A stretch of 64,000 nt of DNA. Source: Gemmatimonadales bacterium (lineage in GTDB: Bacteria; Gemmatimonadota; Gemmatimonadetes; Gemmatimonadales; GWC2-71-9). The stretch covers positions 497 to 64,496 of the forward strand of contig JACCSZ010000190.1 of the NCBI GenBank assembly GCA_013812695.1, written 5' to 3'. This document shows positions 30,649 through 40,286 of this stretch, one piece after another (position 1 is the stretch's first letter; the number at the start of each line of letters is the position of its first letter). The position numbers and the translations under genes were made by a program. The notes beneath the pieces were generated by a model. The model was not told the DNA's origin. It did not search any database and saw nothing but the letters and a program-made list of their open reading frames with translations.

Positions 30649-32907
30649 ATGCAGTTCACCGATGAATGGTTGGTCCATACCATCGACCCCCTGCTGCCCG
30701 ACGGCTCGATCGCCGCGATCCGGCAGGAGCCGGCGACCGCGCCGGCATCGCTGTGGGAGATCCTGGTCCAGCGGAAGCTCGTCGGCGACGACCAGATCCT
30801 GAAGGCGATCTCGGCGCGCTTCCGCATCCCCATCGCCGAGCTTGCCCGCATCGATCCCAAGCTGCAACAGAGCGTCCCGGAGCAGGTGGCCCGGCGCTTC
30901 AATGTGGTGCCCGTCCGGCAGACCGATTCGTACCTCGAGGTGGCCACCGCCAATCCGTTCGACATCGATGCCGAAAAGATGCTGGCCTTCGCCACGGGCC
31001 GGGACGTGCGGATGCTCGTCGGGTCGCCGTCGACGATCCGCCAGCGGATCGACGAGCTCTATCGGAGCGACGACGTCGTCAACCGGCTGCTCGAGGGCAT
31101 CGGCGGCGACTTCGAGGTCAAGGAGCTCAAGGAAGAGGAAGATGCCGCGGCGAGCGCCGAAGAGGCGAGCCAACGGCCGATCATCCGGCTGGTGGACGTC
31201 ATGCTCGCCGACGGCGTGGCCAGCCGCGCGAGCGACATCCACGTCGAGCCGATCGAGGGTGGCGTCGCCGTCCGCTATCGCATCGACGGCGTGCTCCGGC
31301 AGGTGATGAAGATTCCCCGCACCGCCGGCCTGCCGCTGATCTCGCGCATCAAGATCCTCAGTGGACTCGACATCGCCGACCGGCTGCGGCCGCAGGATGG
31401 GCGCGCCCGCGTGTCGGTGAACGGCGAGGCGGTGGACCTCCGCGTGTCGACCCTCCCGGCCTCGCTCGGCGAGAAGGTCGTAATCCGCATCCTGAGCCAG
31501 CGGGCCACCGCCCTGAGCCTCGATGCGCTCGGCATGCACCCGGACGAGCAGGAGGCGATCAAGCGGCTGCTCTCGGCCAAGGAAGGGATCATCCTGGTCA
31601 CCGGCCCCACCGGCTCCGGCAAGACGACCACGCTCTACTCGGCCATCCGGCTCATCCAGAGCGAAGGCGTGAACATCGTCACCGTCGAGGATCCCGTGGA
31701 ATACCGGCTGGGCGAGAACATCGTGCAGGTGCAGGTGCACGAGAAGGCGGGGCTGACGTTCGCGTCCGCGCTGCGCTCGATCCTGCGCCAGGATCCGGAC
31801 GTCGTGCTCATCGGCGAGATCCGGGACCAGGAGACGGCGCAGATCGCGCTGCAGGCGTCGCTCACGGGCCACCTGGTGCTGTCGACGCTGCACACGAACG
31901 ACGCGCCGAACGCGGTCACCCGGCTCGTCGACATGGGCATGGAGCCGTACAAGATCGCGTCCGCGCTGCGCGGCGTCGTGGCGCAGCGGCTCATGCGCCG
32001 GGTGTGCACCAAGTGCCGCGAGGCGAGCACCGAACCGGTGCCGGAACGGGTCGCGAAGTTCATACCCGCCGGGACGCCCCTGTTCCGGGCGGTGGGCTGC
32101 CCCGAGTGCTCGCAGACCGGGTACCGCGGCCGCTTCAGCATCATGGAAGTCCTCACGCTCAACGCCGAGATCGAGCGCCGGATCGGCGCCGGCGCCACGG
32201 CCGAACAGCTCGCCAATGCCGCGCGGTCGGCGGGCATGCGGTCGCTCTGGGAGAGCGGGCTCCGCCACCTGCTCGCGGGCGAGTCGACCGTGGAGGAGTT
32301 GCTACGCGTTACGGACGTACCGCTCGACGGCGCGCCCGCAGGGGAGGCGCCCGCGCCCGAGCAAGCCCGCGGCGACCACCACCCCGCTCGCGGCGCGGCG
32401 GCGAGCCCAATGTCCACGGCAGCTCCCGTGACGCCGGCTGGGTCCGCTCCAGCGCTCGATTTCACGATGGACATGGAGCTGGTGGATGAGCCCGGCACGA
32501 CCGAGGTCGACGGCGTCACGGGTCGCGGGCGCGGCGCCAAGGTCCTGCTGGTCGAGGACGAAGAGCAGCTTCGCCGCGTGATCAAGGATCTGCTGGAGCG
32601 CGAGGGGTATATCGTCACCGAGGCCCGCGACGGCGTGCAGGCGCTCGACCAGGTGGACCGGCATGCGCCGGACGTCATCGTGCTGGACCTCAACCTGCCG
32701 GGACTCGACGGCTACAGCGTGCTGCAGCAACTTCGCTCCCGGCCCGCCACCCGCGCCATCCCGGTCATGGTGCTCACCGCGAAAGGCGACGAGGACAACG
32801 AGGTGCGCGTGTTCGAGCTCGGGGCCGACGACTTCCTCACCAAGCCGTTCCGCGCGCGCGCCCTCTCCGCCCGGCTCGAGGCGATCCTCGGCCGCCATCG
32901 CGCTTGA
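30649..32907 (+). CDS. GspE/PilB-family secretion ATPase with C-terminal response-regulator receiver domain
   Basis: T2SSE N-terminal domain. Walker [11 protein letters not shown], Walker B/Asp box DPDVVLIGEIRD, His box GHLVLSTLHTNDA, tetracysteine CTKC...CPEC. After a linker of about 60 aa comes a full REC domain (VLLVEDEEQL...DVIVLDLNLPGLDG...VLTAKG...TKPF). Confidence 0.85.
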   Translation: MQFTDEWLVHTIDPLLPDGSIAAIRQEPATAPASLWEILVQRKLVGDDQILKAISARFRIPIAELARIDPKLQQSVPEQVARRFNVVPVRQTDSYLEVATANPFDIDAEKMLAFATGRDVRMLVGSPSTIRQRIDELYRSDDVVNRLLEGIGGDFEVKELKEEEDAAASAEEASQRPIIRLVDVMLADGVASRASDIHVEPIEGGVAVRYRIDGVLRQVMKIPRTAGLPLISRIKILSGLDIADRLRPQDGRARVSVNGEAVDLRVSTLPASLGEKVVIRILSQRATALSLDALGMHPDEQEAIKRLLSAKEGIILVTGPTGSGKTTTLYSAIRLIQSEGVNIVTVEDPVEYRLGENIVQVQVHEKAGLTFASALRSILRQDPDVVLIGEIRDQETAQIALQASLTGHLVLSTLHTNDAPNAVTRLVDMGMEPYKIASALRGVVAQRLMRRVCTKCREASTEPVPERVAKFIPAGTPLFRAVGCPECSQTGYRGRFSIMEVLTLNAEIERRIGAGATAEQLANAARSAGMRSLWESGLRHLLAGESTVEELLRVTDVPLDGAPAGEAPAPEQARGDHHPARGAAASPMSTAAPVTPAGSAPALDFTMDMELVDEPGTTEVDGVTGRGRGAKVLLVEDEEQLRRVIKDLLEREGYIVTEARDGVQALDQVDRHAPDVIVLDLNLPGLDGYSVLQQLRSRPATRAIPVMVLTAKGDEDNEVRVFELGADDFLTKPFRARALSARLEAILGRHRA

Positions 32908-34082
32908 ACCGGACGCCGACTCCGCCGCCTGACCCACCCGCCGCGCTGGTCCCCGCCCGACCGATCCCAGACGCAGCTCGCGGCCCGGCTGGGGCGACGT
33001 CGGACGGCGCCGAAGGGCTCGCGCTCATCAAGCCCGCGGTACGGGCGCAAAGCGCGTATACGCTGCACGCGCCCGCCGCACGCCGGAAGCTCAACCAGAA
33101 CGAGAGCCCGTGGGATCTGCCGCCCGAGCTCAAACGCGAGATCCTCGCGGCGGCGGAAGCCGCCCCCTGGCAGCGCTATCCGGAGTTCGCCCCGCCGGCG
33201 CTGCTGGCCGAGCTCGCGGCGCATTACGGGTGGGTCGCGGACGGGGTGCTGGTCGGCAACGGCTCCAACGAGCTCATCCAGGCGACGCTGGCGGTAGCGC
33301 TCGAGCCGGGCGGCGTGGTGGTGGCCCCGAGTCCGACCTTCTCGCTCTACCGCCTGCTCACCGGCGTGCTCGGCGGACACTACCGCCCGGTTCCGCTCGG
33401 CCGCGATTTCGCCTACGACGTGGACGCACTGGTCGACACCGCGGTCCGCGAGCACGCCCGGGTGGTGGTGCTCAACTCCCCGAACAATCCCACGGGATCG
33501 GCGCTGCCCGAGGGCGCGGTGCGGCGGATGCTCGAGGAGACCGGCGCCCTCATCGTGTGCGACGAGGCGTACCAGGAGTTCGGCGGGCCGACGGCGCTCC
33601 CGCTGCTGGCGGAGAGCTCGCGGCTGGTAGTGCTCCGGACGTTCTCCAAGGCGCTCGGCATGGCGGGGCTCCGATTCGGGCTGGCGCTGGCGCATCCGGC
33701 GGTGGTGCGGGAGATCGCCAAAGCCAAGCTGCCCTACAACGTCAACGTGGTCACGCTCGCCGCCGCCGCCGCCGCGCTCCGGCACGGGCCGGCACTCGAG
33801 GAGCGGGTGCGGCTGATCGTCGAGAACCGGCGCCGGCTGGTGGCGCGGCTCGGGCAACTGCCGGGGATCACCGTTTTTCCGAGCGCGGCCAACTTCGTGC
33901 TCGTCCGGTTCGAGCGGCAGCCCGCGCGCGAGGTCTTCCGCCGCCTGCTCGACGAGCACGGCATCCTCGTCCGGGACGTGTCGGGAGGGTCCGAGCTCAC
34001 CCAGTGTCTCCGGATCTCGATCGGGACGGCGGAGGACGTGGAGGCGGTGGCGGAGGGGCTGGAACAGATCCTGTCAGCCTGA
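32904..34082 (+). CDS. hisC: Histidinol-phosphate aminotransferase
   Basis: KLNQNESPW, NGSNELI, NSPNNPTG, FSKALGMAGLRFG (PLP lysine). The TTG start overlapping the upstream stop is uncertain, and the true start may lie up to about 40 codons downstream. Confidence 0.85.
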   Translation: MNRTPTPPPDPPAALVPARPIPDAARGPAGATSDGAEGLALIKPAVRAQSAYTLHAPAARRKLNQNESPWDLPPELKREILAAAEAAPWQRYPEFAPPALLAELAAHYGWVADGVLVGNGSNELIQATLAVALEPGGVVVAPSPTFSLYRLLTGVLGGHYRPVPLGRDFAYDVDALVDTAVREHARVVVLNSPNNPTGSALPEGAVRRMLEETGALIVCDEAYQEFGGPTALPLLAESSRLVVLRTFSKALGMAGLRFGLALAHPAVVREIAKAKLPYNVNVVTLAAAAAALRHGPALEERVRLIVENRRRLVARLGQLPGITVFPSAANFVLVRFERQPAREVFRRLLDEHGILVRDVSGGSELTQCLRISIGTAEDVEAVAEGLEQILSA

Positions 34083-34115
34083 GGGAACCAGGATGACCAG
34101 AGAACGGGGAGCGCT

Positions 34116-34706
34116 GTGAGCCGCATCGGTGAGGTTCACCGCACGACCAAGGAGACCGATCTCCACGTCCGCGTCGACCTCGACGGGCGCGGGGCCGCCA
34201 GCGTGCGCACGGGTATCGGCTTCTTCGACCACATGCTCGAAGCCCTCGCGCGGCACGCGCTGCTCGATCTCACTGTCGAGGGCCGCGGCGACCTGCACGT
34301 CGACGGCCACCATACGGTCGAGGACACCGGGATCGCGCTGGGGCAGGCGCTCGATCGCGCCCTGGGCGACCGCGCCGGAATCCGCCGCTATGCCGACGCG
34401 CTGGTCCCGCTCGACGAGGCCCTGGTGCGGGCCGTGGTGGACGTGTCGGGCCGGCCATATCTCGCGTACGACATCGACATCCCCAAGTGGCAGCTGCTCG
34501 GCGACTACGACGTCTTCCTCACCCCGGAGTTCTTCCGCGCCGTCACGCTCAACGCGGGGCTCACGGTGCACATGGACCTGATCCGCGGCGACAACCCGCA
34601 CCACATTGTCGAGGCGGCATTCAAGGCATTCGCGCGCGCGCTGGACGGCGCCACGATGCCCGACCCGCGCGTCACGGGCGTCCCGTCCACCAAAGGCGCC
34701 CTGTGA
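34116..34706 (+). CDS. hisB: Imidazoleglycerol-phosphate dehydratase
   Basis: RTTKETDL.V.LDGRG, GFFDHML, HHTVEDTGIALG, NPHHIVEAAFKAFARAL. Confidence 0.9.
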   Translation: MSRIGEVHRTTKETDLHVRVDLDGRGAASVRTGIGFFDHMLEALARHALLDLTVEGRGDLHVDGHHTVEDTGIALGQALDRALGDRAGIRRYADALVPLDEALVRAVVDVSGRPYLAYDIDIPKWQLLGDYDVFLTPEFFRAVTLNAGLTVHMDLIRGDNPHHIVEAAFKAFARALDGATMPDPRVTGVPSTKGAL

Positions 34707-35323
34707 TCGTCGTGGTGGACTACGGGGTGAACAACCTCAAGAGCGTGGTCCGCGCCCTGGCCGCGGGCGGGCATACTGCCGCGCTCACCACCGACCCCGA
34801 TGAGGTCCGGCGGGCGGATCACGTGCTGCTGCCGGGGGTCGGCCATTTCGGGCAGGCGTCGCGCACGCTGGAGACCACCGGACTCGGCGCCGCCGTCCGG
34901 GAGGCCGCGGTCAGCGGACGACCGGTCATGGGCATTTGTCTCGGCCTGCAGCTCTTTTTCGCCACGAGCTCGGAGGCGACGGAAGCGCGTGGCTTGGCCA
35001 TCCTTCCGGGCACCGTGGTCCACTTCGACACCGGCCTGCCCGTGCCACACGTGGGCTGGGCCCAGGTGGACCTCACGGCGCCGGGCGGTCGCCACGCCAT
35101 GCTCGCCAGGCTCTTCGACGGGATGCCGCGGTTCTTCTATCACGTCCACAGCTACCATCCCACCGCGCTGCGGGACGATGATGTCCTCGGCACCGGTACG
35201 TACGAGCGGGTGTTTCCTACGCTCGTGGGCCGCGACAACGTGATCGGCGCGCAGTTTCACCCCGAGAAGTCGCAGCGGGCGGGCATCGAGCTGCTCGACG
35301 CATTCGCGCGGTGGCGGCCATGA
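34703..35323 (+). CDS. hisH: Imidazole glycerol phosphate synthase, glutaminase subunit
   Basis: [44 protein letters not shown] overlap with hisB. Confidence 0.9.
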   Translation: MIVVVDYGVNNLKSVVRALAAGGHTAALTTDPDEVRRADHVLLPGVGHFGQASRTLETTGLGAAVREAAVSGRPVMGICLGLQLFFATSSEATEARGLAILPGTVVHFDTGLPVPHVGWAQVDLTAPGGRHAMLARLFDGMPRFFYHVHSYHPTALRDDDVLGTGTYERVFPTLVGRDNVIGAQFHPEKSQRAGIELLDAFARWRP

Positions 35324-35787
35324 CCTCGGTCCGGGTGTCGCTGGTGGATCTGTACGTGCTGCGCGGCGCGGGGCCGGCACTCGAGTGCCTGGTGCTGCGC
35401 CGGGCGTCCGGCGGGCGCTGCCCCGGCTCGTGGGAGGCGGTGCACGGGCACATCGAGCCTGGCGAGACCCCGGCCGATGCCGCACGGCGCGAGCTGCACG
35501 AAGAGACCGGGCTCCGGCCCGAACGGCTCTACAACCTGAGCCGGGTGGAGACCTTCTATCAGCACCGGCTCGACGAGGTCGCGCTGGTGCCGGTGTTCGC
35601 GGCGTTCGTTCTGCCGGACGCGGCGGTGTGCACCGGCGTCGAGCACGATCGCTTCGAGTGGCTAGGCCCCCCGGAGGCGCGCATCCGGTTCGCCTGGCCC
35701 CGCGAAACCCGCGCGCTCGACGACGTGGTGGCGCTGCTGGGGGCGGGCGACGCGGGACCGGTCGAGGACGTGCTCCGCGTATGCTAG
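35311..35787 (+). CDS. NUDIX hydrolase
   Basis: Nudix box [22 protein letters not shown]. Overlaps both the hisH end and the hisF start. Confidence 0.75.
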   Translation: MAAMTSVRVSLVDLYVLRGAGPALECLVLRRASGGRCPGSWEAVHGHIEPGETPADAARRELHEETGLRPERLYNLSRVETFYQHRLDEVALVPVFAAFVLPDAAVCTGVEHDRFEWLGPPEARIRFAWPRETRALDDVVALLGAGDAGPVEDVLRVC

Positions 35788-36533
35788 CCCGGCGGATCAT
35801 TCCCTGCCTCGACGTGGCGGGGGGACGGGTGGTCAAGGGCGTCCACTTCGAGTCGCTGCGCGATGCCGGGGACCCAATCGAGCAGGCGGCCCGGTACGAC
35901 GCCCAGGGCGCGGACGAGCTGGTGTTCCTCGACATCTCCGCGAGCCACGAGGCGCGGCAGACCACGCTCGACATGGTGGGCCGAGTGGCGGAATCGATCT
36001 TCATTCCGTTCACCGTGGGCGGCGGCATCCGCGCCGTGGCGGACGCGGGCGCGGCGCTTCGGGCCGGTGCCGACAAGATCGCCGTCAACACCGCCGCCGT
36101 GCGCGATCCCGCGCTGGTCTCGCGGCTCGCGGAGAGCTTCGGCACCCAGTGCATCGTCGCCGCGGTGGACGTGAAGCAGACCGGCGGACGGCTCGCCGTG
36201 ATGGTGAACGGCGGCCGTGAGGAGACGCCGCTCGAGGCGATCGGGTGGATCACCCGGCTGCAGGCCCTCGGCGCGGGCGAGATCCTGCTGACCTCGATGG
36301 ACCGCGACGGCACCGGGGCGGGATACGACCTGCCGCTGCTCACCGCCGCGTCCGCCGCCGTCTCCATTCCGGTCATCGCCTCGGGCGGCGCGGGCGAGCT
36401 CGCGCACCTGGCCGAGGCGTTCGAGGCGGGTGCGCACGGCGTGCTGGCGGCGACCATCTTTCATTTTCAGGGCTCCACACTGCCCGAGGCGCGCGCCTAC
36501 CTGCGCGAGCGCGGGTACCCGGTGCGTCCATGA
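35781..36533 (+). CDS. hisF: Imidazole glycerol phosphate synthase, cyclase subunit
   Basis: [50 protein letters not shown]. Confidence 0.9.
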   Translation: MLARRIIPCLDVAGGRVVKGVHFESLRDAGDPIEQAARYDAQGADELVFLDISASHEARQTTLDMVGRVAESIFIPFTVGGGIRAVADAGAALRAGADKIAVNTAAVRDPALVSRLAESFGTQCIVAAVDVKQTGGRLAVMVNGGREETPLEAIGWITRLQALGAGEILLTSMDRDGTGAGYDLPLLTAASAAVSIPVIASGGAGELAHLAEAFEAGAHGVLAATIFHFQGSTLPEARAYLRERGYPVRP

Positions 36534-37963
36534 TCGCGCGGCTCCTCGCCGGCCTCGTGGGCGCCGGGGCGCTGCTGCACGCGGGCAGCGCCCGGGCCGC
36601 GGCGCCCTGCGTCCGGCTCACGCGGGCCGGCACTCAGGTCCAGGGTGACGTGCGCGTGTGTCCAGGGCGATACCGGATCGCGGATCCGTCCGAGCGCGGC
36701 GTCCTGATCGCCGCCGCGTCAGGGACGCGGATCGATCTGGCCGGGGTCACCATCGAGAGCGGCGATTCGGTGGCCGAGCGCTACGTCGGCATCGGCGTCG
36801 CGAGCCGCGGCGTCGATGGTGTGACGGTGCTCGGTGGCACGGTCCGCGGGTACCGCGTCGGGGTTCGGCTGGACGGCGGGCGCAACCACCGAGTGACCGG
36901 CATCGACGTCTCGGGCAGCCGGCGGCAGCGGCTGCGCTCGACCACGCAACGGACGGACAGCCTCGACCGGCTCGACCTCGGCACCCTGGAGAGCGTCGAG
37001 CGGTACGGCGGGGGCGTACTGCTCCGCGGCACCGTGGGGGCCAGCGTGACCGGGGTGACGTCGCGCAGCGCGCAGAACGGCATCGGCCTGATCGATGCCA
37101 GCAACTCGTACCTGGCCGACAACAATCTGTCGGACAACTCGGGATGGGCGCTGCACCTCTACCGCTCCAGCCACAACACGGTGGTCCGGAACGATGGGTC
37201 GCGCACCCGGCGATGTCCCTCGGACCGGGCCGGCTGCGCGGCCGCCGCGATGCTCCTGCGGGAGGGCAGCGACTCCAACACGGTCGCCGACAACGATCTC
37301 AGGCGCTCGAGTATCGGCGTGCTGATCGCCGGGCCGCCGCGGGTGGGCCGGGTGTCGGTGGGAAACCTGATCTACCGGAACGACGCGTCCCTGGCCGGCG
37401 TGGCCGCGTTCGCCGCGCGCGGCACCTGGCGGGTCACGTGGCTCGACAACCGTGCCGACAGCGCCGCCGTCGGGTTCGAGCTGGTGCGGGTGAGCGCCTC
37501 GCTCGTCCGGGGCAACACCGTCATCGGCGCCCGGCGCGTGGCCATCGAGATCGTGCATGGCAGCGAGACGGGCATAGAAGCCAACGTCCTGCTCGGCGCG
37601 CCGGTGGGAGTGCGCGTGACCGCGCCCGACACGGGTGCCGCGCCGAGTCGCGGGTTCCGGATCGATGACAACCTGCTGGGCAATCTGGAGCAGGGCATCG
37701 CGCTCAGCGGCGTCGGCGGCAGCCGGCTCCGCGGCAACGTCTTCGACGGGGTGGGGGTCGGCCTCGTCGTGGATGGCGCCGGGCACGGCACCGAAGTGAC
37801 CGGCAACGTCTTCCTCCGCGCACGCCGGTGGTTCATCGATGCGCCCGACCTCGCGGCCGGCGGAAACTACTGGGCCACGGGCGACGCGGCGCGCGCGGCC
37901 GCCCGGGTGCGCGGCCGGGTCAGCGTGCTGCCGTGGAAGCCGGCGAGCGCGGCGGGCTACTAG
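36530..37963 (+). CDS. Secreted right-handed parallel beta-helix repeat protein (NosD/CASH-like)
   Basis: Signal peptide [23 protein letters not shown]. Repeated units of about 22 aa of the type G..V.GN.I, N.GIGL, N.L.DN. ATGA overlap with hisF. Confidence 0.6.
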   Translation: MIARLLAGLVGAGALLHAGSARAAAPCVRLTRAGTQVQGDVRVCPGRYRIADPSERGVLIAAASGTRIDLAGVTIESGDSVAERYVGIGVASRGVDGVTVLGGTVRGYRVGVRLDGGRNHRVTGIDVSGSRRQRLRSTTQRTDSLDRLDLGTLESVERYGGGVLLRGTVGASVTGVTSRSAQNGIGLIDASNSYLADNNLSDNSGWALHLYRSSHNTVVRNDGSRTRRCPSDRAGCAAAAMLLREGSDSNTVADNDLRRSSIGVLIAGPPRVGRVSVGNLIYRNDASLAGVAAFAARGTWRVTWLDNRADSAAVGFELVRVSASLVRGNTVIGARRVAIEIVHGSETGIEANVLLGAPVGVRVTAPDTGAAPSRGFRIDDNLLGNLEQGIALSGVGGSRLRGNVFDGVGVGLVVDGAGHGTEVTGNVFLRARRWFIDAPDLAAGGNYWATGDAARAAARVRGRVSVLPWKPASAAGY

Positions 37964-40286
37964 CCGCGAGGACCTGCGACGCGAGCGCGTGGAGATCGCG
38001 GAGGTTGAATGGCTTGCTCGCGCGGAGGACCGGGCGGTCGGGGAGGGGGTCGGGCGGCGCGGCCGGCCCCGCGTAGGTGAGCACGAGGCGGTCGACGTCC
38101 CGTGGTCGGGCGGCCGCGAGTGCGTGCACGAAGAGCTCCGTCGCGCCGGCCGTCGTCCGCGCGTCGGCGATGATCAGGTCGTATTCGCGGTCGCCCGTCA
38201 GGCGCAGTCCCTGCTCGCCCGTCCGCACGCATTCCACTTCGACGCCCTCCGGTGCCAGCAGCGCGTTCACCAGACGATGGACGCCGGGGTCGGCATCGAC
38301 GACGAGCACGCGCTGCGGCTCGCGCGGGCGGGCGGGGGTGAGCCCTGCCTCCGGAGATTCCCCCGGCTCGCCGTCATGGCTCGGAAGCACCACACGGAAC
38401 TCGGCGCCGCCCTCGGCGGGCAGCTCGTAGCTGAGGACCCCGCTGTGCGATTGCACCAGCCCGTAGCTCAGCGAGAGCCCGAGGCCGGTGCCCTGGCCGG
38501 GCGCCTTGGTCGTGAAGAACGGGGTGAACAGATGCGACGTGTGCTGCAGGGGTACGCCGGGTCCGGTGTCCCGCACGCGGAGCACCGCCTGGCCCTCCTG
38601 CCGGGAGGTGGCGATGACGATCTTGCGCGGGCGCCCCGGCGGCAGCCCGCTCACCGCCTGCACCGCGTTGGTGATCAGGTTGAGCAGCACCTGCTGGAGC
38701 TCGTACCGGTCTCCGAGCACGACCACCGGAAGCCGGTCGAGCGCCTGCTCGAGCTCGATCCCGTGGAGCTGCAGCTCGTACACGATGAGCAGCGACGTGC
38801 GGGCCGCCACGTCATTGAGGTCGACGGGCGCCTTCTCGGGAACCCCCTTCCGCGCGAACGTCAGCAGGTTCCGCACGATGCGGCCGGCCCGCTCGGCTTG
38901 GTCGTGAATCACGCGCAGGTGCTCGCGCGGAAAGCTGGACGGCAGCTCGCGCTCGAGCAGCAGCTCGGTCAGGCCCGCGATCGACGTCAGCGGGTTGTTG
39001 AGCTCGTGGGCCACGCCCGACACCAACTGGCCGATCGACGCCATCTTGTCGCGCTGGATGAGCTGGGCCTCGAGCACCCGCTGCTCGGTCACGTCCTCGA
39101 CCAGCATGACGACCGGGCCGGTCCCCGCGCGCTCGGTGAACGGGCCTGCGGTCAGCCGGAGCACGCGGCCGGTCCGCTCGAGCCGGACGACGGCGGGCGC
39201 CGTCCGTTCGCCGCGGTGGGCCGCCTCGATCAGCTCCGCCACCGTCTCGGAGGTGCCGAGTAGCGCTTCGCAGAAGCCCTGGCCCACCAGCTCCGATTCC
39301 GACGTTTCGGCGAGCGCGGCGAGCGCGTGGTTGGCGCGGAGGATCGTGTCGCCCGGACCCACGAGCGCGATGCCTTCGGCCAGCGCGTTGAACGCCGTCT
39401 CCCATTCCTCCTTGCTCCGCCGCACGATCTCGTACAGCCGGCTGTTGGCCAGCACCACCGACGCGTTGGTCGCCACCGTGGACAGCAGCCAGAGGTCCTC
39501 GGTCGTGAACGGGCCACCCTGCCGGTCGGCGACCGCGAGGGCGCCCATGGTCACGCCCTGCGAGCGGAGCGGGGCGACCGCCGCGGAGCGGACGGTGAGC
39601 CCGCCGATCAGGTGGACCGACGGCGTCGCCGTGCCCTGCGCGACCTCGATGCGCTCGTGCTGGATGGCGAAGCGCACCAGGGCCGTGTCGGGGTCGTCGG
39701 TCACCTGCCCGATGAGCGGCTCGAGGGTGCCCGCGGCGCCGGCCACGCGCAGCATCCGCCCGGTCTCGTCGTCGCCGAGCACCACGATGGCGCCGTCCGC
39801 CTGCAGGAAACGCCCGGCGTATTTGGCGACCTGCTCGACGATGCGATCGAGCTGGATCGACTCCGAGAGCACGTAGCTCAGCTCCTGGAGAGAAAACAGC
39901 TCGCTGATCCGGCGGTCGAGCTGGCTGGCGAGCTGCTCGGACTTGAGTTCGGAGTCGCGCAGGCGCCGCCGCCCGCGGGCGATCGCCACCCAGAAGCTGC
40001 CCGAGATCGTGATCACGGCGAGGACCACGAGCCACCAGCGCTCGTCCTGGGCGAGCCACGCCACCACGCCGAGCAGCGTCGCGGCGACGGCGTGCACCGG
40101 CACCTCCCACTCCCTCCGCCAGACCGCGAGCAGCAGGATGAGCCCGGAGGCGATGCCGAGTCCCATCGCGACCCACCCGGGCAGTCCGCTGAGCAGCGAG
40201 CCGAGCAGGGCGCTCACCAGGAGCGCCCAGGCCACGAGGGCCGACGGCGAGAGGTACCAGCGATCGCGCGAGCGGCGCAGGCTCAA
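37920..40286 (-). CDS. Membrane-bound hybrid sensor histidine kinase (TM-GAF-GAF/PAS-HisKA-HATPase-REC)
   Basis: The TTG start overlaps the upstream stop (TTGA). The N-terminus has about 4 TM helices. H-box SGVAHELNNPLTSI, N-box LLNLITNAVQA, G-box GTGLGLSLSYGLV. C-terminal REC-like domain (VLVVDADPG...DLIIADA...SKPF). The 1158-aa ORF-track version is rejected. Confidence 0.8.
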   Translation of the reverse strand: MSLRRSRDRWYLSPSALVAWALLVSALLGSLLSGLPGWVAMGLGIASGLILLLAVWRREWEVPVHAVAATLLGVVAWLAQDERWWLVVLAVITISGSFWVAIARGRRRLRDSELKSEQLASQLDRRISELFSLQELSYVLSESIQLDRIVEQVAKYAGRFLQADGAIVVLGDDETGRMLRVAGAAGTLEPLIGQVTDDPDTALVRFAIQHERIEVAQGTATPSVHLIGGLTVRSAAVAPLRSQGVTMGALAVADRQGGPFTTEDLWLLSTVATNASVVLANSRLYEIVRRSKEEWETAFNALAEGIALVGPGDTILRANHALAALAETSESELVGQGFCEALLGTSETVAELIEAAHRGERTAPAVVRLERTGRVLRLTAGPFTERAGTGPVVMLVEDVTEQRVLEAQLIQRDKMASIGQLVSGVAHELNNPLTSIAGLTELLLERELPSSFPREHLRVIHDQAERAGRIVRNLLTFARKGVPEKAPVDLNDVAARTSLLIVYELQLHGIELEQALDRLPVVVLGDRYELQQVLLNLITNAVQAVSGLPPGRPRKIVIATSRQEGQAVLRVRDTGPGVPLQHTSHLFTPFFTTKAPGQGTGLGLSLSYGLVQSHSGVLSYELPAEGGAEFRVVLPSHDGEPGESPEAGLTPARPREPQRVLVVDADPGVHRLVNALLAPEGVEVECVRTGEQGLRLTGDREYDLIIADARTTAGATELFVHALAAARPRDVDRLVLTYAGPAAPPDPLPDRPVLRASKPFNLRDLHALASQVLAASSPPRSPASTAAR

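Noticed and set aside
28474-34082. A type II secretion or type IV pilus locus around the GspE-like ATPase
   Set aside because: Neighbours are an Omp85-like gene and histidine-biosynthesis genes. No platform, pilin, secretin or peptidase genes are present, so the ATPase is treated as an orphan.
34505-36457. 650-aa minus-strand ORF across hisH, NUDIX and hisF
   Set aside because: It is antisense to three well-supported genes. Its composition is Ala/Arg/Pro/Ser-rich with no recognisable domain. It is a GC-driven artefact.
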